A stretch of DNA of 64,000 bases. It comes from an uncultured Pseudomonadales bacterium. GTDB taxonomy: Bacteria; Patescibacteriota; Microgenomatia; UBA1400; PJMF01. A program made the translations under genes and the position numbers. Positions 27,736 through 37,966 of this stretch are shown piece after piece (the stretch's first letter is position 1; each line of letters starts with the position of its first letter). Location: the NCBI GenBank assembly GCA_964570365.1, contig CAZMXT010000004.1:2792-66791 (forward strand). Direction: 5' to 3'. Under the pieces are notes generated by a model that had not been told where the DNA came from, ran no database searches, and saw nothing but the letters and a program-made list of their open reading frames with translations.

Positions 27736-29931
27736 ATGGCTGCAACACAGTCTTTGCCCAAAAAGAAAATGAAGTTTATCGAACGAAAACTCGATAACGG
27801 AATGGGAATGGCTGTAGCTAAACGAACCTACTTACGCAAAATTATTGAAAAAGGTAGTGGTGCAGAGCGTTGGGAAAGCTGGGGAGAAGTTGCAGACCGT
27901 GTTGCTAAGGGGAACTCTTTATTAATTCCTGCTGCTGAGCGCAAACATCGCCAAGATGAATTTACCTTACTCAAAAAACACATTAGTAATGGTTCAATCC
28001 TAATGTCTGGTCGTCACCTCCAACATGGTGATGAAACCCAGCCAACGCGGAATATGGAAGTTTTTACTAACTGTAGTACTGCTTCCTCCTCGTATATCCT
28101 GTTTTACTTACTGATGAATGGCTCTGGCGTAGGCCGACCCTACGATGACGACATGTGTGTGGTGAACTGGGACAACATGCCCAATGTCAGGTGTGTGATC
28201 GATGACAGCCATCCAGATTTTGTTTGGGGTTTTGATGAAAGTGTCCGTGACACAAAGCATAAGTATGGTGACGGGGAGAACATTCACTGGTTTGAAGTTC
28301 CTGACAGCCGTGAAGGTTGGGCGCAAGCAGTTGAGATGATGGAAGTGATGGCTTACGAGAAAAAATACAAAGATGACATCTTAATCTTAGATTTCTCGAA
28401 GGTGCGGGCCAAAGGCCAGCCAATCAAGGGCATGCAAGATCGTCCTTCTTCTGGACCAAAGCCATTAATGAATGCAATTGAGAAAGTGACCACTTTGAAG
28501 GGTGCCGGTCTCTCACCTTGGAAGCAGACGATGTTCGTGGACCACTACTTGGCAGAGTGTGTGCTGGTGGGGGGAGCTCGTCGTAGTGCTCGGATTGCCA
28601 CCAAAGTTTGGACCGATCCTGAAGTCTTTGACTTTATCCAAATTAAACGAGGCGGCTTTTTATGGAGCGCCAATAACTCGGTAGCTGTTGACGAAAAGTT
28701 CTGGAAGCAACGCGGGAACCATGCTCAAAAAGTTCTGGAAGCTATCATGAAGTCTTCGTATGAAGATATGACTGGTGAGCCAGGTTTTATTAACCAACAT
28801 CGCTTAGTTCAAAACGACACGGGGTATGACGGCTACCAGGATGGGAAGTATGCGGAGAGTTCTAAGTACAAGCCGCTCACTCGCACCGAGAAAATGTTAG
28901 CGCACTTAGCTCGGAATGCAGGAGCCAAAATCTACTCACAGATTCCGAACCCCTGCGGTGAAATTTCACTCAACATGTTGGGCGGGTACTGTGTGATTGC
29001 CGATGTGGTGCCATACTTTGCGCCCACAATAGACGATGCAGAAGAAGCGTTCCGCGCGGCTACCCGAGCGTTAATGCGGGTCAACACCATGGACTGTTTG
29101 TATAACCGAGAGGTGAAGCGGACCAACCGAATTGGGGTGGGCATGACTGGGATTCATGAGTTTGCCTGGAATCAATTTGGCTACAGTTTCCGTGATCTGA
29201 TCAATGAAGAAAAATCCAAAGACTTTTGGTTGACGATTGCCCGCTTTAAACGAGCCGTGCTGACCGAGAGTGAGACGTATGCCAAGAAGATGAAGATGAA
29301 TGTGCCTCATACCAATACCACCATCAAGCCATCGGGTACGATTTCTAAGCTGTTTGCCTTGACTGAAGGCGCTCATTTACCCAGTATGAGAGAGTACATT
29401 CGTTGGGTCCAGTACCGGAGTGATGATCCAATGGTCAAGAAGTACCAGAAGCAGGGCTACCCAATCAAGGAGCTGCGCAGTTACACCGGCTCCACTGCAG
29501 TTGGTTTTCCAACCCAGCCACTAATCTGCCGCATTGGCATGAATGGTGAGTTGGTCACTGCAGCTGAGGCAACTCCGGAAGAACAGTACAAGTGGTTGAT
29601 CTTGTTAGAGAAGTACTGGATTGTTGGCATCGATGAAGCAGGAAATGCCTTAGAAGATACCGGCAACCAAGTTTCCTACACCCTGAAGTACGACCCAAAG
29701 ATCGTTAAGTACGCTGAGTACAGTGAGATGGTCCGCAAGTATCAAGGACTGATTAAGTGTTGTTCAGTCATGCCACAGCAGGATGCAACGGCGTATGAGT
29801 ACCAGCCTGAGCAGCCTGTGACAATCTCTGAGTTTATGCGGGCGCTGAATGAAATTGAAAAGGATGAGACATTGCTTGAGGACATTGATTACGAGCAACT
29901 CAAGTGTGCAACAGGAGCTTGCCCAATTTAA
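27736..29931 (+). CDS. nrdJ: adenosylcobalamin-dependent ribonucleotide reductase (class II, NrdJ-like)
   Basis: Active-site NPCGEI motif and a C-terminal Cys pair (CATGAC). About 730 aa. Start chosen at the ATG preceded by AGGAGG; the tool ORF began at 27697, overlapping nrdR. Confidence 0.8.
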   Translation: MAATQSLPKKKMKFIERKLDNGMGMAVAKRTYLRKIIEKGSGAERWESWGEVADRVAKGNSLLIPAAERKHRQDEFTLLKKHISNGSILMSGRHLQHGDETQPTRNMEVFTNCSTASSSYILFYLLMNGSGVGRPYDDDMCVVNWDNMPNVRCVIDDSHPDFVWGFDESVRDTKHKYGDGENIHWFEVPDSREGWAQAVEMMEVMAYEKKYKDDILILDFSKVRAKGQPIKGMQDRPSSGPKPLMNAIEKVTTLKGAGLSPWKQTMFVDHYLAECVLVGGARRSARIATKVWTDPEVFDFIQIKRGGFLWSANNSVAVDEKFWKQRGNHAQKVLEAIMKSSYEDMTGEPGFINQHRLVQNDTGYDGYQDGKYAESSKYKPLTRTEKMLAHLARNAGAKIYSQIPNPCGEISLNMLGGYCVIADVVPYFAPTIDDAEEAFRAATRALMRVNTMDCLYNREVKRTNRIGVGMTGIHEFAWNQFGYSFRDLINEEKSKDFWLTIARFKRAVLTESETYAKKMKMNVPHTNTTIKPSGTISKLFALTEGAHLPSMREYIRWVQYRSDDPMVKKYQKQGYPIKELRSYTGSTAVGFPTQPLICRIGMNGELVTAAEATPEEQYKWLILLEKYWIVGIDEAGNALEDTGNQVSYTLKYDPKIVKYAEYSEMVRKYQGLIKCCSVMPQQDATAYEYQPEQPVTISEFMRALNEIEKDETLLEDIDYEQLKCATGACPI

Positions 29932-29952
29932 GACTTGGAATGGAGCATAACG

Positions 29953-29981
29953 AAAAACCCCGCTGCGAAGTGGGGTTTTTT
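29953..29981. terminator. bidirectional rho-independent terminator (A-run, CCCC-loop-GGGG, T-run) shared by nrdJ (+) and tsaD (-)
   Basis: aaaaaCCCCgctgcgaagtGGGGtttttt lies between convergent genes. Confidence 0.7.
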
Positions 29982-30010
29982 ATTGTCAGAATAAAAGCTG
30001 GTAACTCAGT

Positions 30011-31102
30011 TTAGTCGAGTTCCCAGCGGGGAATTCTCTCAATGGTTTGGAACTTGCTGACTTCTTCCCCACGTTGAAATTTAAAGCTAGCAACCACGCC
30101 AATCATGGCTGCATTATCAGCACACATTTTTTTGGTATATGGGACCTGGAGTTTAAGCTGGTGAGGTTTTATAGTCTGTCGAAGTGTAGCGCGCAGAGCC
30201 ATATTTGCCGCCACGCCACCACCCAACCAAACACCGAAACAAGGGGTAATTAGTAAAATTTTACTCAATTTATAGGTAATAGCTTTAAATACAGCCTTTT
30301 GAAAGCTCGCACAAAAGTCGTAAACTTGCTGGGCAGAAAGCTCTTTTTTCAGCCGCTCTGTTTCGAGTAAGTTTCGGGCCGCAGTTTTCATGCCAGAGAA
30401 GCTCAAGTTGGCATTTCCACTGGTCGTCATTGGTAAGGGAAAAGAGTACATAGTTGCATCACCGAGCTTGGCAAATTGCTCAATGACTGGTCCGGCTGGA
30501 TACCCTAAGTCCAGCATTCGCCCAACTTTATCTAAAGCTTCGCCGGCTGCGTCATCTACCGTAAATCCCAGCCGCTGATACTCACCGGGCTTCTTTACTA
30601 ACACAAACTCAGTGTGGCCACCAGAAACAATAATGGAGAGTACCGGAAGCTCTAGTTCTTCGATTTTTCGATTTACTTCTACGGCTTGTTGTCGGAGCTG
30701 CTCTTTGCTGGCTCCTACTTTTTTAGGTACTGCAAGGACTGAAAGGACGTGACCTTCAATGTGGTTCACGGGAATCAGCGGGATGCTGAGTTGAGAGGCT
30801 AAGTTTTTGGCGTGCTCAATTCCTACTTCTAGGGCAGGGGCTAGGCCGGGACCCTGGGTGACAGCAATCGCGCTCAACTCAGCCGTGGTAACCTCAGCTC
30901 GGCTCAAAGCCAGCTGTATGACTGGCTCAATATTCTCTCGATGCGCTTGCTTGGCGACAGTTGGAAAAACACCGCCATATTGTTTGTGTAGCTGGGTTTG
31001 AGAGGCGACGACGTTGGAAAGGACCACCTGACCCCAGACAACCGCGGCCGAGGTATCGTCACAGGAAGTATCGATAGCGAGTATTAAGGGAGGAGTGATC
31101 AT
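30011..31102 (-). CDS. tsaD: tRNA N6-adenosine threonylcarbamoyltransferase TsaD (Kae1/Gcp family)
   Basis: ILAIDTSCDDTSAAVV start and HxxGH metal-binding context. 363 aa. Confidence 0.9.
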   Translation of the reverse strand: MITPPLILAIDTSCDDTSAAVVWGQVVLSNVVASQTQLHKQYGGVFPTVAKQAHRENIEPVIQLALSRAEVTTAELSAIAVTQGPGLAPALEVGIEHAKNLASQLSIPLIPVNHIEGHVLSVLAVPKKVGASKEQLRQQAVEVNRKIEELELPVLSIIVSGGHTEFVLVKKPGEYQRLGFTVDDAAGEALDKVGRMLDLGYPAGPVIEQFAKLGDATMYSFPLPMTTSGNANLSFSGMKTAARNLLETERLKKELSAQQVYDFCASFQKAVFKAITYKLSKILLITPCFGVWLGGGVAANMALRATLRQTIKPHQLKLQVPYTKKMCADNAAMIGVVASFKFQRGEEVSKFQTIERIPRWELD

Positions 31103-32211
31103 CCAGCTGAAGCCTCGGGTTCTTGAATCAGCAGCTGTCGCTGAGCGAGCTGATGGGAGATAGCAGAAAAGCCGACCTGAATATATGGCAACTGATGCTC
31201 AGCCAGTGTTTCTTCTAGATACTCCCGAATATTACTCGCCCACTCAATAATGACGAGATGCCCGGGCTTAAAAAAACTCGCAAGCTCTAGACGCGTGGCT
31301 TCTGCCGTACTATCAACTTTCCAGACATCTGAGTGAATCAGCTTGCCAGAGATTCCATGCCTGGTGAAAGCATATTCCTGAACATAGCTATACGTGGGAG
31401 AAGTAATCACCTCAGGAATTTGAAGAAACTCGGCAACACCTTTGACAAAGATGGTCTTGCCCATCCCCAGTGAGCCATTCAGGCCAATCACCAAGCCCGT
31501 ATCCTTGATAGCTGACCAATACTTTAAAGCTAAACGCTGAGCAATGCCTTTGGTTTCCGCTTCATCCCCAGAATGGAGCTTAGTCTGTACTTGATTTTGC
31601 ACCAGCTCTAGCTTTCCTTGGCGAAAGACAACCGGCGTAGAAAGCGTAGTGTCGATGACAGTCGAAGGCGGGTTAGGTGGGAGTTGGCCAGCGTCTAGAA
31701 CCAGGCCAATCAATTTTTTTTGCTTCTCTGAGAGTTGGCTAAGTAAATCTGAGATGCTGTACGGCCGTTTTCCTCCGGAAGCATTGGCGGAAGTGGCGGT
31801 GATAGGGCGGCCGAGTCTATTCACAATTTCTAGGATTAAGGGATAATCCGGAATCCTGATACCTAAAGTCCCAAACTCAGACTCTACGCCTGGCGCAACT
31901 TTACCTAATGAACGGGATATTACCGTCACTGGACCAGGTAGAAAACGTTGATAAATTCGGTGGGCAGAGTCATTGACTTCCACATACTGGGAAGCCATCC
32001 TGGCATCGGCGACGGCAATCGATAAAGGCTTACCTTCTCGGCGTGTTTTATAGGCTAACAGCGTATCTACTGCATGCTGATTCAATGCATCAACACCAGC
32101 TCCATACGTTGTTTCGGTGGGGAAAATAACTAAGTTACCAGTCGCTAAACTTTCGACTGCTTCTTCAACGGCTTTTTCTTGAGAAATTTGGTGCAGATCC
32201 AGAACTCGCAT
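31099..32211 (-). CDS. tsaC-tsaE: fused threonylcarbamoyl-AMP synthase TsaC (YrdC/Sua5 domain) - TsaE (YjeE P-loop) protein
   Basis: N-terminal YrdC motifs (FPTETTYGAG ... STVIDTT). C-terminal TsaE motifs (GLNGSLGMGKT, VTSPTYSYVQEY). The stop overlaps the tsaD start (ATGA). Start set at MRVLDLHQ. Confidence 0.8.
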   Translation of the reverse strand: MRVLDLHQISQEKAVEEAVESLATGNLVIFPTETTYGAGVDALNQHAVDTLLAYKTRREGKPLSIAVADARMASQYVEVNDSAHRIYQRFLPGPVTVISRSLGKVAPGVESEFGTLGIRIPDYPLILEIVNRLGRPITATSANASGGKRPYSISDLLSQLSEKQKKLIGLVLDAGQLPPNPPSTVIDTTLSTPVVFRQGKLELVQNQVQTKLHSGDEAETKGIAQRLALKYWSAIKDTGLVIGLNGSLGMGKTIFVKGVAEFLQIPEVITSPTYSYVQEYAFTRHGISGKLIHSDVWKVDSTAEATRLELASFFKPGHLVIIEWASNIREYLEETLAEHQLPYIQVGFSAISHQLAQRQLLIQEPEASAG

Positions 32212-32256
32212 GGGCAAGCCTGGAGTATACACCAGGCAGGGGGGAAATGATATATA

Positions 32257-32610
32257 ATGGAAAAGATGCAACTCTTGCCCCTCTCCTTTTATAGCGATTT
32301 TCCAGCACATGTTCCCTTAAAAGTGAGTCTTTTTGCGCGCATTTATGAGTTGCAAGGACTAATTACTCACTTAGATCAAGTTCTTCAGCTCAGCGCGAGT
32401 AAGCAACAGGCCTGGATAAAAGAGCATGAGACAACCGTTAAAGAAGTTATGCAGACGTTGGCTCGACAATTTAACTTGGAAATAGGCAGGAATGATCTGG
32501 ATCAAGACTTGGTTCGGCTACTCACAGAGTATAGTCGATATCTGCAAGAGCTCGGCACAATTTTACAAACCCTCTTTAACTCGAAAGCATCAAAAAACCT
32601 ACACAGCTAG
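32257..32610 (+). CDS. hypothetical protein
   Basis: 117-aa ORF divergent from tsaC-tsaE. No motifs. Confidence 0.3.
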   Translation: MEKMQLLPLSFYSDFPAHVPLKVSLFARIYELQGLITHLDQVLQLSASKQQAWIKEHETTVKEVMQTLARQFNLEIGRNDLDQDLVRLLTEYSRYLQELGTILQTLFNSKASKNLHS

Positions 32611-32628
32611 CGCCGGATTTTTATTAAT

Positions 32629-33423
32629 ATGATTGGTTCTTTATTTATTCTGATCATCTATCAACCATTTCTCAACATCCTGGTTTTTTTCTACTGGATC
32701 CTCGAGTTTATCACTCGTGGAAATGCGGATATGGGTGTGGCCGTGATCTTGCTGACGATCCTGATCCGAGTACTACTACTGCCCATTTCTTTAATGGAAG
32801 ATAAAAGTGAAAAAGATCGTCGCAAGATTGTCGCCCAGATGGGCGAGCTTGACCGTACCCTGCGTCACGACCCAATGATGCAGCGTCAAGAAGTCAAGAA
32901 GTTGTTCCACCGCAACAGAGGAGTAGTCATTGCAGAGTTATTTTCTTTAGGTGTTCAGGTAGCTATCTCCCTGATGTTATGGAGAATGTTTGAAACTGGG
33001 CTATCTGGGGAAGATCTTCACCTGATTTATTCCTTCATGCCGTCTGTGGAAACACCATTTAACTTAGTTTTCTTGGGCCGATTCGATCTTACTCATACTA
33101 GCCTCTCAATAAATTTGATTCAGTCACTAATGATTTTTATAGTAGAAACATTTGCTATTTTGACCTCACCATATCCTCCAATGAAGGGAGAAGTTGTGCG
33201 GATGCAGTTGCTGTTACCAGTCTTGTCTTTTATTATCTTTTTACGTTTTCCAGCCGGAAAGAAAATTTTTGTGATTACGGCGTTAATGTTTAGTCTGATC
33301 GTCTTAATTTATAAGTATATTCGACGAAAAATTAGTGCCTATGTGCTGGAAGTAGCCGAGAAAGAGCTGCGCGAGCAAATGGGTGAGCAAGAGCCAGAAA
33401 AAATCGTCGTGGAGACAAAATAA
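32629..33423 (+). CDS. yidC: membrane protein insertase YidC (short form)
   Basis: YQPFLNILVFFYWIL...GVAVILLTILIRVLLLPIS matches the YidC/Oxa1 core. 264 aa with 5 TM. Confidence 0.75.
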   Translation: MIGSLFILIIYQPFLNILVFFYWILEFITRGNADMGVAVILLTILIRVLLLPISLMEDKSEKDRRKIVAQMGELDRTLRHDPMMQRQEVKKLFHRNRGVVIAELFSLGVQVAISLMLWRMFETGLSGEDLHLIYSFMPSVETPFNLVFLGRFDLTHTSLSINLIQSLMIFIVETFAILTSPYPPMKGEVVRMQLLLPVLSFIIFLRFPAGKKIFVITALMFSLIVLIYKYIRRKISAYVLEVAEKELREQMGEQEPEKIVVETK

Positions 33424-33471
33424 GCAGCCTAGCGTACAATATAGCCTGTAGATTTTTCAGATTTTAAACAT

Positions 33472-34125
33472 ATGGAACTCGATCGTTTAGTTGTTTCGTT
33501 CATGGTAGACGAGGTGGTCGGAGGATTTTTTATCTCTGTTCCCCCTGGTCATGTCGCCTGTGTCTATGACAGAGGTCGTGGTGTTTTACCCAGAGTCTGG
33601 GGACCTGGTCTTCACCTCAAGATTCCTTTTTGGCAAGTCGCCAAGCTATTTAATGCGCAAATTCTTGAGTACTCAATCCTCCGAGACTTTGACCACTCGG
33701 CTAACCGAGAAGCTCTGGGTGATCAACCTATTGTGACCACCACCCAAGATGGGAAAGATATCTCAATTGAAGGCTCTATCCTATTTCGAATTGACCGACA
33801 TAATGCGCCAGAATTATGGGAGAACCTGGGGGAGAACGTTGTCTCCAAAGTAGTTCGGCCATTTTCCCGCAGTCGCTTGTCAGCAGTATTTTCTAAGCTA
33901 AGCCTGAATCAAATTAAACATAATCGCAGTGAAGTCGAGACGATGATTAAAGATGATCTGAATCATCACTTTGAAGATCGCGGCTTAGTGTGCGAAGGTT
34001 TCTTGCTGTCAGAAGTAAAGTACATTGCTTCTCCTGGAAAAGAAGAGACGATTCTCAAAGAAGATACCACAATTGTTAGTCAACACGCCCTCAATAGCAT
34101 ACCCACTTTACCTGAAACTCGATAG
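33472..34125 (+). CDS. SPFH/band-7 domain protein
   Basis: N-terminal hydrophobic segment plus an SPFH-like core (GLHLKIPF... ISIEGSILFRI). Confidence 0.6.
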   Translation: MELDRLVVSFMVDEVVGGFFISVPPGHVACVYDRGRGVLPRVWGPGLHLKIPFWQVAKLFNAQILEYSILRDFDHSANREALGDQPIVTTTQDGKDISIEGSILFRIDRHNAPELWENLGENVVSKVVRPFSRSRLSAVFSKLSLNQIKHNRSEVETMIKDDLNHHFEDRGLVCEGFLLSEVKYIASPGKEETILKEDTTIVSQHALNSIPTLPETR

Positions 34126-34163
34126 TTGACATCATTTTAGCAGTCGGATATATTTGCTGCTAG
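34126..34163 (+). promoter_or_regulatory. groESL promoter (-35 TTGACA at 34126-34131, -10 TATATT at 34149-34154) overlapping a degenerate CIRCE-like inverted repeat
   Basis: TTAGCAGTC-N9-TGCTGCTAG at 34137-34163, against the CIRCE consensus TTAGCACTC-N9-GAGTGCTAA. 17-bp promoter spacer. Confidence 0.45.
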
Positions 34164-34224
34164 CAATCAACGCTGCGAGGAATCTCTTCGCCAGCAACAA
34201 TTTATCTCTACAAAGGAGGATATT

Positions 34225-34530
34225 ATGGTAGGAAGCATCTCGGTTTCCCAACTCCATCCGATGGCTGGTTATGTTCTGGTTGAGCCAGCACAAACCCAAA
34301 CGAAAACCTCATCGGGCATTTACTTGCCTGAGAGTAGTAGCGAAAAGCCACAGCACGGCACAGTTCTAGCAGTTGGTGCTGACGCTCTCATTGATGGTGC
34401 GAAAGTCACTGCCCCAGTCAAAAAAGGTGAGAGTGTCCTCTATAAAAAGTGGGGTGGTAATGACGTCAAGATCGGTGATGTAGAGTACCAGTTTTTGAAG
34501 TTTGAAGATATTTTAGCAACCGTAAAGTAA
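34225..34530 (+). CDS. groES: co-chaperonin GroES
   Basis: 101 aa with the mobile-loop region and YLPESSSEKPQHGTVLAVG. An AAGGAGGA ribosome-binding site is present. Confidence 0.95.
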   Translation: MVGSISVSQLHPMAGYVLVEPAQTQTKTSSGIYLPESSSEKPQHGTVLAVGADALIDGAKVTAPVKKGESVLYKKWGGNDVKIGDVEYQFLKFEDILATVK

Positions 34531-34591
34531 TTTTAGGCCCAGTATATATCTGGGAAATTTTATTACGCAATATAATTATTAAGGAGGATTC

Positions 34592-36226
34592 ATGGCAGCA
34601 AAACAACTCGCATTTGGCGATAGTGCTCGACAAAAAATGTTGATTGGTATTAATAAGTTGGCTTCAGCAGTCACTATTACGTTGGGACCAAAAGGTCGCA
34701 ACGTGGCGATTGATAAATCTTGGGGCGCGCCAACCGTGCTTCATGATGGTGTCTCAGTAGCCAAAGAAATTAAGTTAGAAGATCCCTTTGAAAACATGGG
34801 AGCTCAGTTAGTCAAAGAGGCTGCCTCCAAGACCAATGATGCCGCAGGTGACGGTACAACCACTGCTACTTTATTAGCTCAACAAATTGCGATTAAAGGT
34901 ATGAAGTATGTGACTGCTGGTACTAACCCAATGATGATGAAGCTGGGAATTGATCGCGCAGTCGATGCGGTCGTTACTGAGATTCGTCGCTTGGCAAAGC
35001 CAGTGACTGAGAGTGACTGGGAAAAAGTAGCTACGATTTCAGCACAGAATCCAATCATCGGTAAAAAAGTGGCTCAAGCTTTGAAGTTAGTAGGTAAAGA
35101 TGGCGTGGTCGAAGTCGAAGAAGGCAAGACCATGGAAATTACTATTGATCACCGCGAGGGTATGGAGCTGGAGAAAGGGTATGCCTCTCCTTACTTCGTC
35201 ACTCACTCCGATGATATGGAAGCCGTCATTGAGAACCCGTACATTTTAGTTACAGATCAAAAAATTGCTTCAATTCAGGACTTACTTCCTCTCTTAGAGA
35301 AGTTAATGCCAATCAGTAAAAACTTTGTGATTATTGCTGAAGATGTCGAAGGTGAAGCCTTAACCACCTTGGTGGTGAATAAGTTGCGCGGTGCCTTTAA
35401 TGTTTTGGCTGTTAAGGCTCCTGGCTTTGGTGACCGACGAAAAGCCATGCTGCAGGACATTGCTGTCTTGACTGGGGCTCAGTTTATCTCTGCCGAAACT
35501 GGTCGAGACCTCAAGACTGTTGAAGTCGAGGACTTGGGCCGAGCTGACTCTGTTCGCTCATCTAAGGACACGACTCGCATAGTGGGTGGTAAAGGCAAAG
35601 CCAATGATATCGCTGCTCGAGTAGCTCAGATTGAGTCAGAGATTGATAAATCGACCTCTAGCTTTGATACTGAGAAGCTGCAAGAGCGCAAAGCCAAGTT
35701 GGCCGGTGGCGTTGCTGTCATCCAGGTTGGGGCGGCAACCGAAGTGGAGATGAAAGACCTTCAGGAGCGGGTCAAGGATGCTAAAGAAGCAACCAAGGCC
35801 GCAATCGAAGAGGGTATCATCCCAGGCGGTGGCGTGACCTTGCTCTTAGCTGGAAAAGTTTTGGCGAAGATCAAAGGCAACACTGATGATGAGCAGGTCG
35901 GTATTGATCTGATTAAGTCAGTCTTAGAAGAGCCACTGCGCATGTTGGCCCGCAACTCAGGAGTTGATGATGGTTGGGTTGTGCGAATGGTTGCTGACAA
36001 GAACGATGGTCAGTATGGCTTTAACGCCATGACCAACGAGTTTGGAGATATGGTCAAAGCCGGTATTATTGAGCCGGCTAAGGTGCCAATCTCAGCCCTG
36101 CTCTATGCCTCTTCAACGGCTTCGATGATCTTAACAACTGAATGTTTGATCACAGATCTGCCAGAGAAGGATAAAGCTCCCGCAATGGGAGGCGGCATGG
36201 ATGGGGGTATGGGTGGAATGATGTAG
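34592..36226 (+). CDS. groEL: chaperonin GroEL
   Basis: AAGDGTTTATLLA ATP-binding motif and a C-terminal GGM-repeat tail. 544 aa. Confidence 0.97.
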   Translation: MAAKQLAFGDSARQKMLIGINKLASAVTITLGPKGRNVAIDKSWGAPTVLHDGVSVAKEIKLEDPFENMGAQLVKEAASKTNDAAGDGTTTATLLAQQIAIKGMKYVTAGTNPMMMKLGIDRAVDAVVTEIRRLAKPVTESDWEKVATISAQNPIIGKKVAQALKLVGKDGVVEVEEGKTMEITIDHREGMELEKGYASPYFVTHSDDMEAVIENPYILVTDQKIASIQDLLPLLEKLMPISKNFVIIAEDVEGEALTTLVVNKLRGAFNVLAVKAPGFGDRRKAMLQDIAVLTGAQFISAETGRDLKTVEVEDLGRADSVRSSKDTTRIVGGKGKANDIAARVAQIESEIDKSTSSFDTEKLQERKAKLAGGVAVIQVGAATEVEMKDLQERVKDAKEATKAAIEEGIIPGGGVTLLLAGKVLAKIKGNTDDEQVGIDLIKSVLEEPLRMLARNSGVDDGWVVRMVADKNDGQYGFNAMTNEFGDMVKAGIIEPAKVPISALLYASSTASMILTTECLITDLPEKDKAPAMGGGMDGGMGGMM

Positions 36227-36286
36227 ATTTGGCTTGTATAAAACTGAATTTCCCCGAGGCTCTGCCGAGGGGAAATTCATTAGGGA

Positions 36287-36324
36287 AAAGACCTTGTGGC
36301 TTCAAAAGCGCAGGGTCTTTTTTT
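36287..36324 (+). terminator. rho-independent terminator after groEL
   Basis: AAAGACC ... GGTCTTT stem followed by an 8-T run. A perfect 10-bp palindrome GAATTTCCCC-N13-GGGGAAATTC lies upstream of it at 36246-36279. Confidence 0.55.
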
Positions 36325-36331
36325 ATGGTGA

Positions 36332-37966
36332 TTATCGGGAAGTGCGGTCGTGAGTATGAGTTTGAAAGGTACTGTACCTTCGCTCATCTAAAATTGGACC
36401 AGCTGCTTCGACTTGTTTAGTCGCAAAGTCTTTATAAAGATCTTGAGAAATACCTTCTAGTGGCTCAAAAATTGAAAAATGAAGTAGGTCTGGACTCTCA
36501 ACAATTGTCAACATGCTTGGACCAAAAGAACCAGATTGAGATGAGCCATAGAAGTTGGGGGTATAGCCGTACTTTGATTTACCATACCAATTATATAAGT
36601 ATGCCCAAGTCGTGTTGTAGCCATAGGGAACTGTCAGGGTGGAAATGGAGAATGGTTGTCCAGCTGCTTTTTGGTAAGTGTCGTCTAGTAAATCTAACTG
36701 GTGCTTGAGCAGACCTCTGCTCTGAATAGATGCTATGTGAAAGGATTCTTGTTTGGCATAGATGAGCTGACTAATATTTGCCGAGAGGAATCCAATAACA
36801 AGGATGACTGCAAAGACTTTCCCAACTCTATCTTTACTGGCCTGCACAATGAGCACTGCGAGCAAGATGTAGAGCACAAAAGATAGTCCAATTAAGCTGT
36901 GGTAGTTGTTCCGAAACAGAAAGCTCAAAAGTAGCAGTGGAGCAAAAAACCATAGACTTAGAAAGTATCTCACTGGCTGCGAAGAAGTTTTTTTAACTGT
37001 CCAAACGATCACCCCGAAAAGTAATAAAGAAAATAATCCAAGCTGGGGAAAGTAGACCATATTAATGTGGCGAGCATAAATATGGAAAGTTTGAGAGAGT
37101 TGTTCGATTAAGCCGGTAGTACCACTTTTACTCAGAGTGCCAATAAACTCTAATGGTCGGAGCACTCCATTTCTCAACAGCAGTAAGTGGTTGAGTACTA
37201 GCGTGCTAACGGTAGCAAGATACACGACTGCACTGAGAATTAAAGTCCGTAGCGGAAAAGTGAAGCGCTGCGTAGTATTTCTCCGACTAGCTATCCAGTA
37301 CCCAAGCAGAATAATTAACCATAAGTAGCCGCTAAAAATAACTGCTTGATTCGTCAAGCCTAAGAAAAGCATTAACCAGGGCAGCTCCTGAGTTCTGTTC
37401 TGAAAAAAGATTCGCCAGAAAAACCAGTAAAAAAATGGCAAGGTCATCATCACCATCACTGGATTTGATAGCCAGGTGCCGGTTTGACTGGCTTCAAAAG
37501 AAAATGCATACAGGCCAGCCGCCAAAATTCCCGCCCACCGATTTTGAGTTAAGTTCTTGGTTAGGTAGAAAAGCGGAACAACGGCGATGGAGCTCAAAAG
37601 GGCAAAGAAGTAGCTAACTAGCTGTGGGTTGCCCCGGGCTACGGCATATACTGGTGCAATTAGATAATAATACAGCGCCCCATGATAGATCATGTCATTC
37701 GTTCCAGAAGCTGAAGGTCCCTGAATTTTTAAATCACGCTGCGTTATCATTTCTTGAACAATAGTTGCATCTCTGGCTTGGTCAAATAAAAAGTAAATTG
37801 TGTTGTCAGAAACAGTCAAGAAACGAAAAATGACTGCAAAAAGGAAGATCGCGAAGATCAATAGTTTTTCTCGCTGGGCTACAAATGACTGAAAACTGCT
37901 ACGCTCCGAGGCAGCTTGGGGGAGGTCTACTTGAGTTTGTAGTATTCGAGTTAGTTTTTTCGCCAT
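36332..37966 (-). CDS. GT-C fold membrane glycosyltransferase (GT39/GT83-like, PMT/ArnT family)
   Basis: About 12 TM. N-terminal loop motif YFLFDQARDA is typical of PMT/ArnT-type GT-C enzymes. Confidence 0.6.
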   Translation of the reverse strand: MAKKLTRILQTQVDLPQAASERSSFQSFVAQREKLLIFAIFLFAVIFRFLTVSDNTIYFLFDQARDATIVQEMITQRDLKIQGPSASGTNDMIYHGALYYYLIAPVYAVARGNPQLVSYFFALLSSIAVVPLFYLTKNLTQNRWAGILAAGLYAFSFEASQTGTWLSNPVMVMMTLPFFYWFFWRIFFQNRTQELPWLMLFLGLTNQAVIFSGYLWLIILLGYWIASRRNTTQRFTFPLRTLILSAVVYLATVSTLVLNHLLLLRNGVLRPLEFIGTLSKSGTTGLIEQLSQTFHIYARHINMVYFPQLGLFSLLLFGVIVWTVKKTSSQPVRYFLSLWFFAPLLLLSFLFRNNYHSLIGLSFVLYILLAVLIVQASKDRVGKVFAVILVIGFLSANISQLIYAKQESFHIASIQSRGLLKHQLDLLDDTYQKAAGQPFSISTLTVPYGYNTTWAYLYNWYGKSKYGYTPNFYGSSQSGSFGPSMLTIVESPDLLHFSIFEPLEGISQDLYKDFATKQVEAAGPILDERRYSTFQTHTHDRTSR

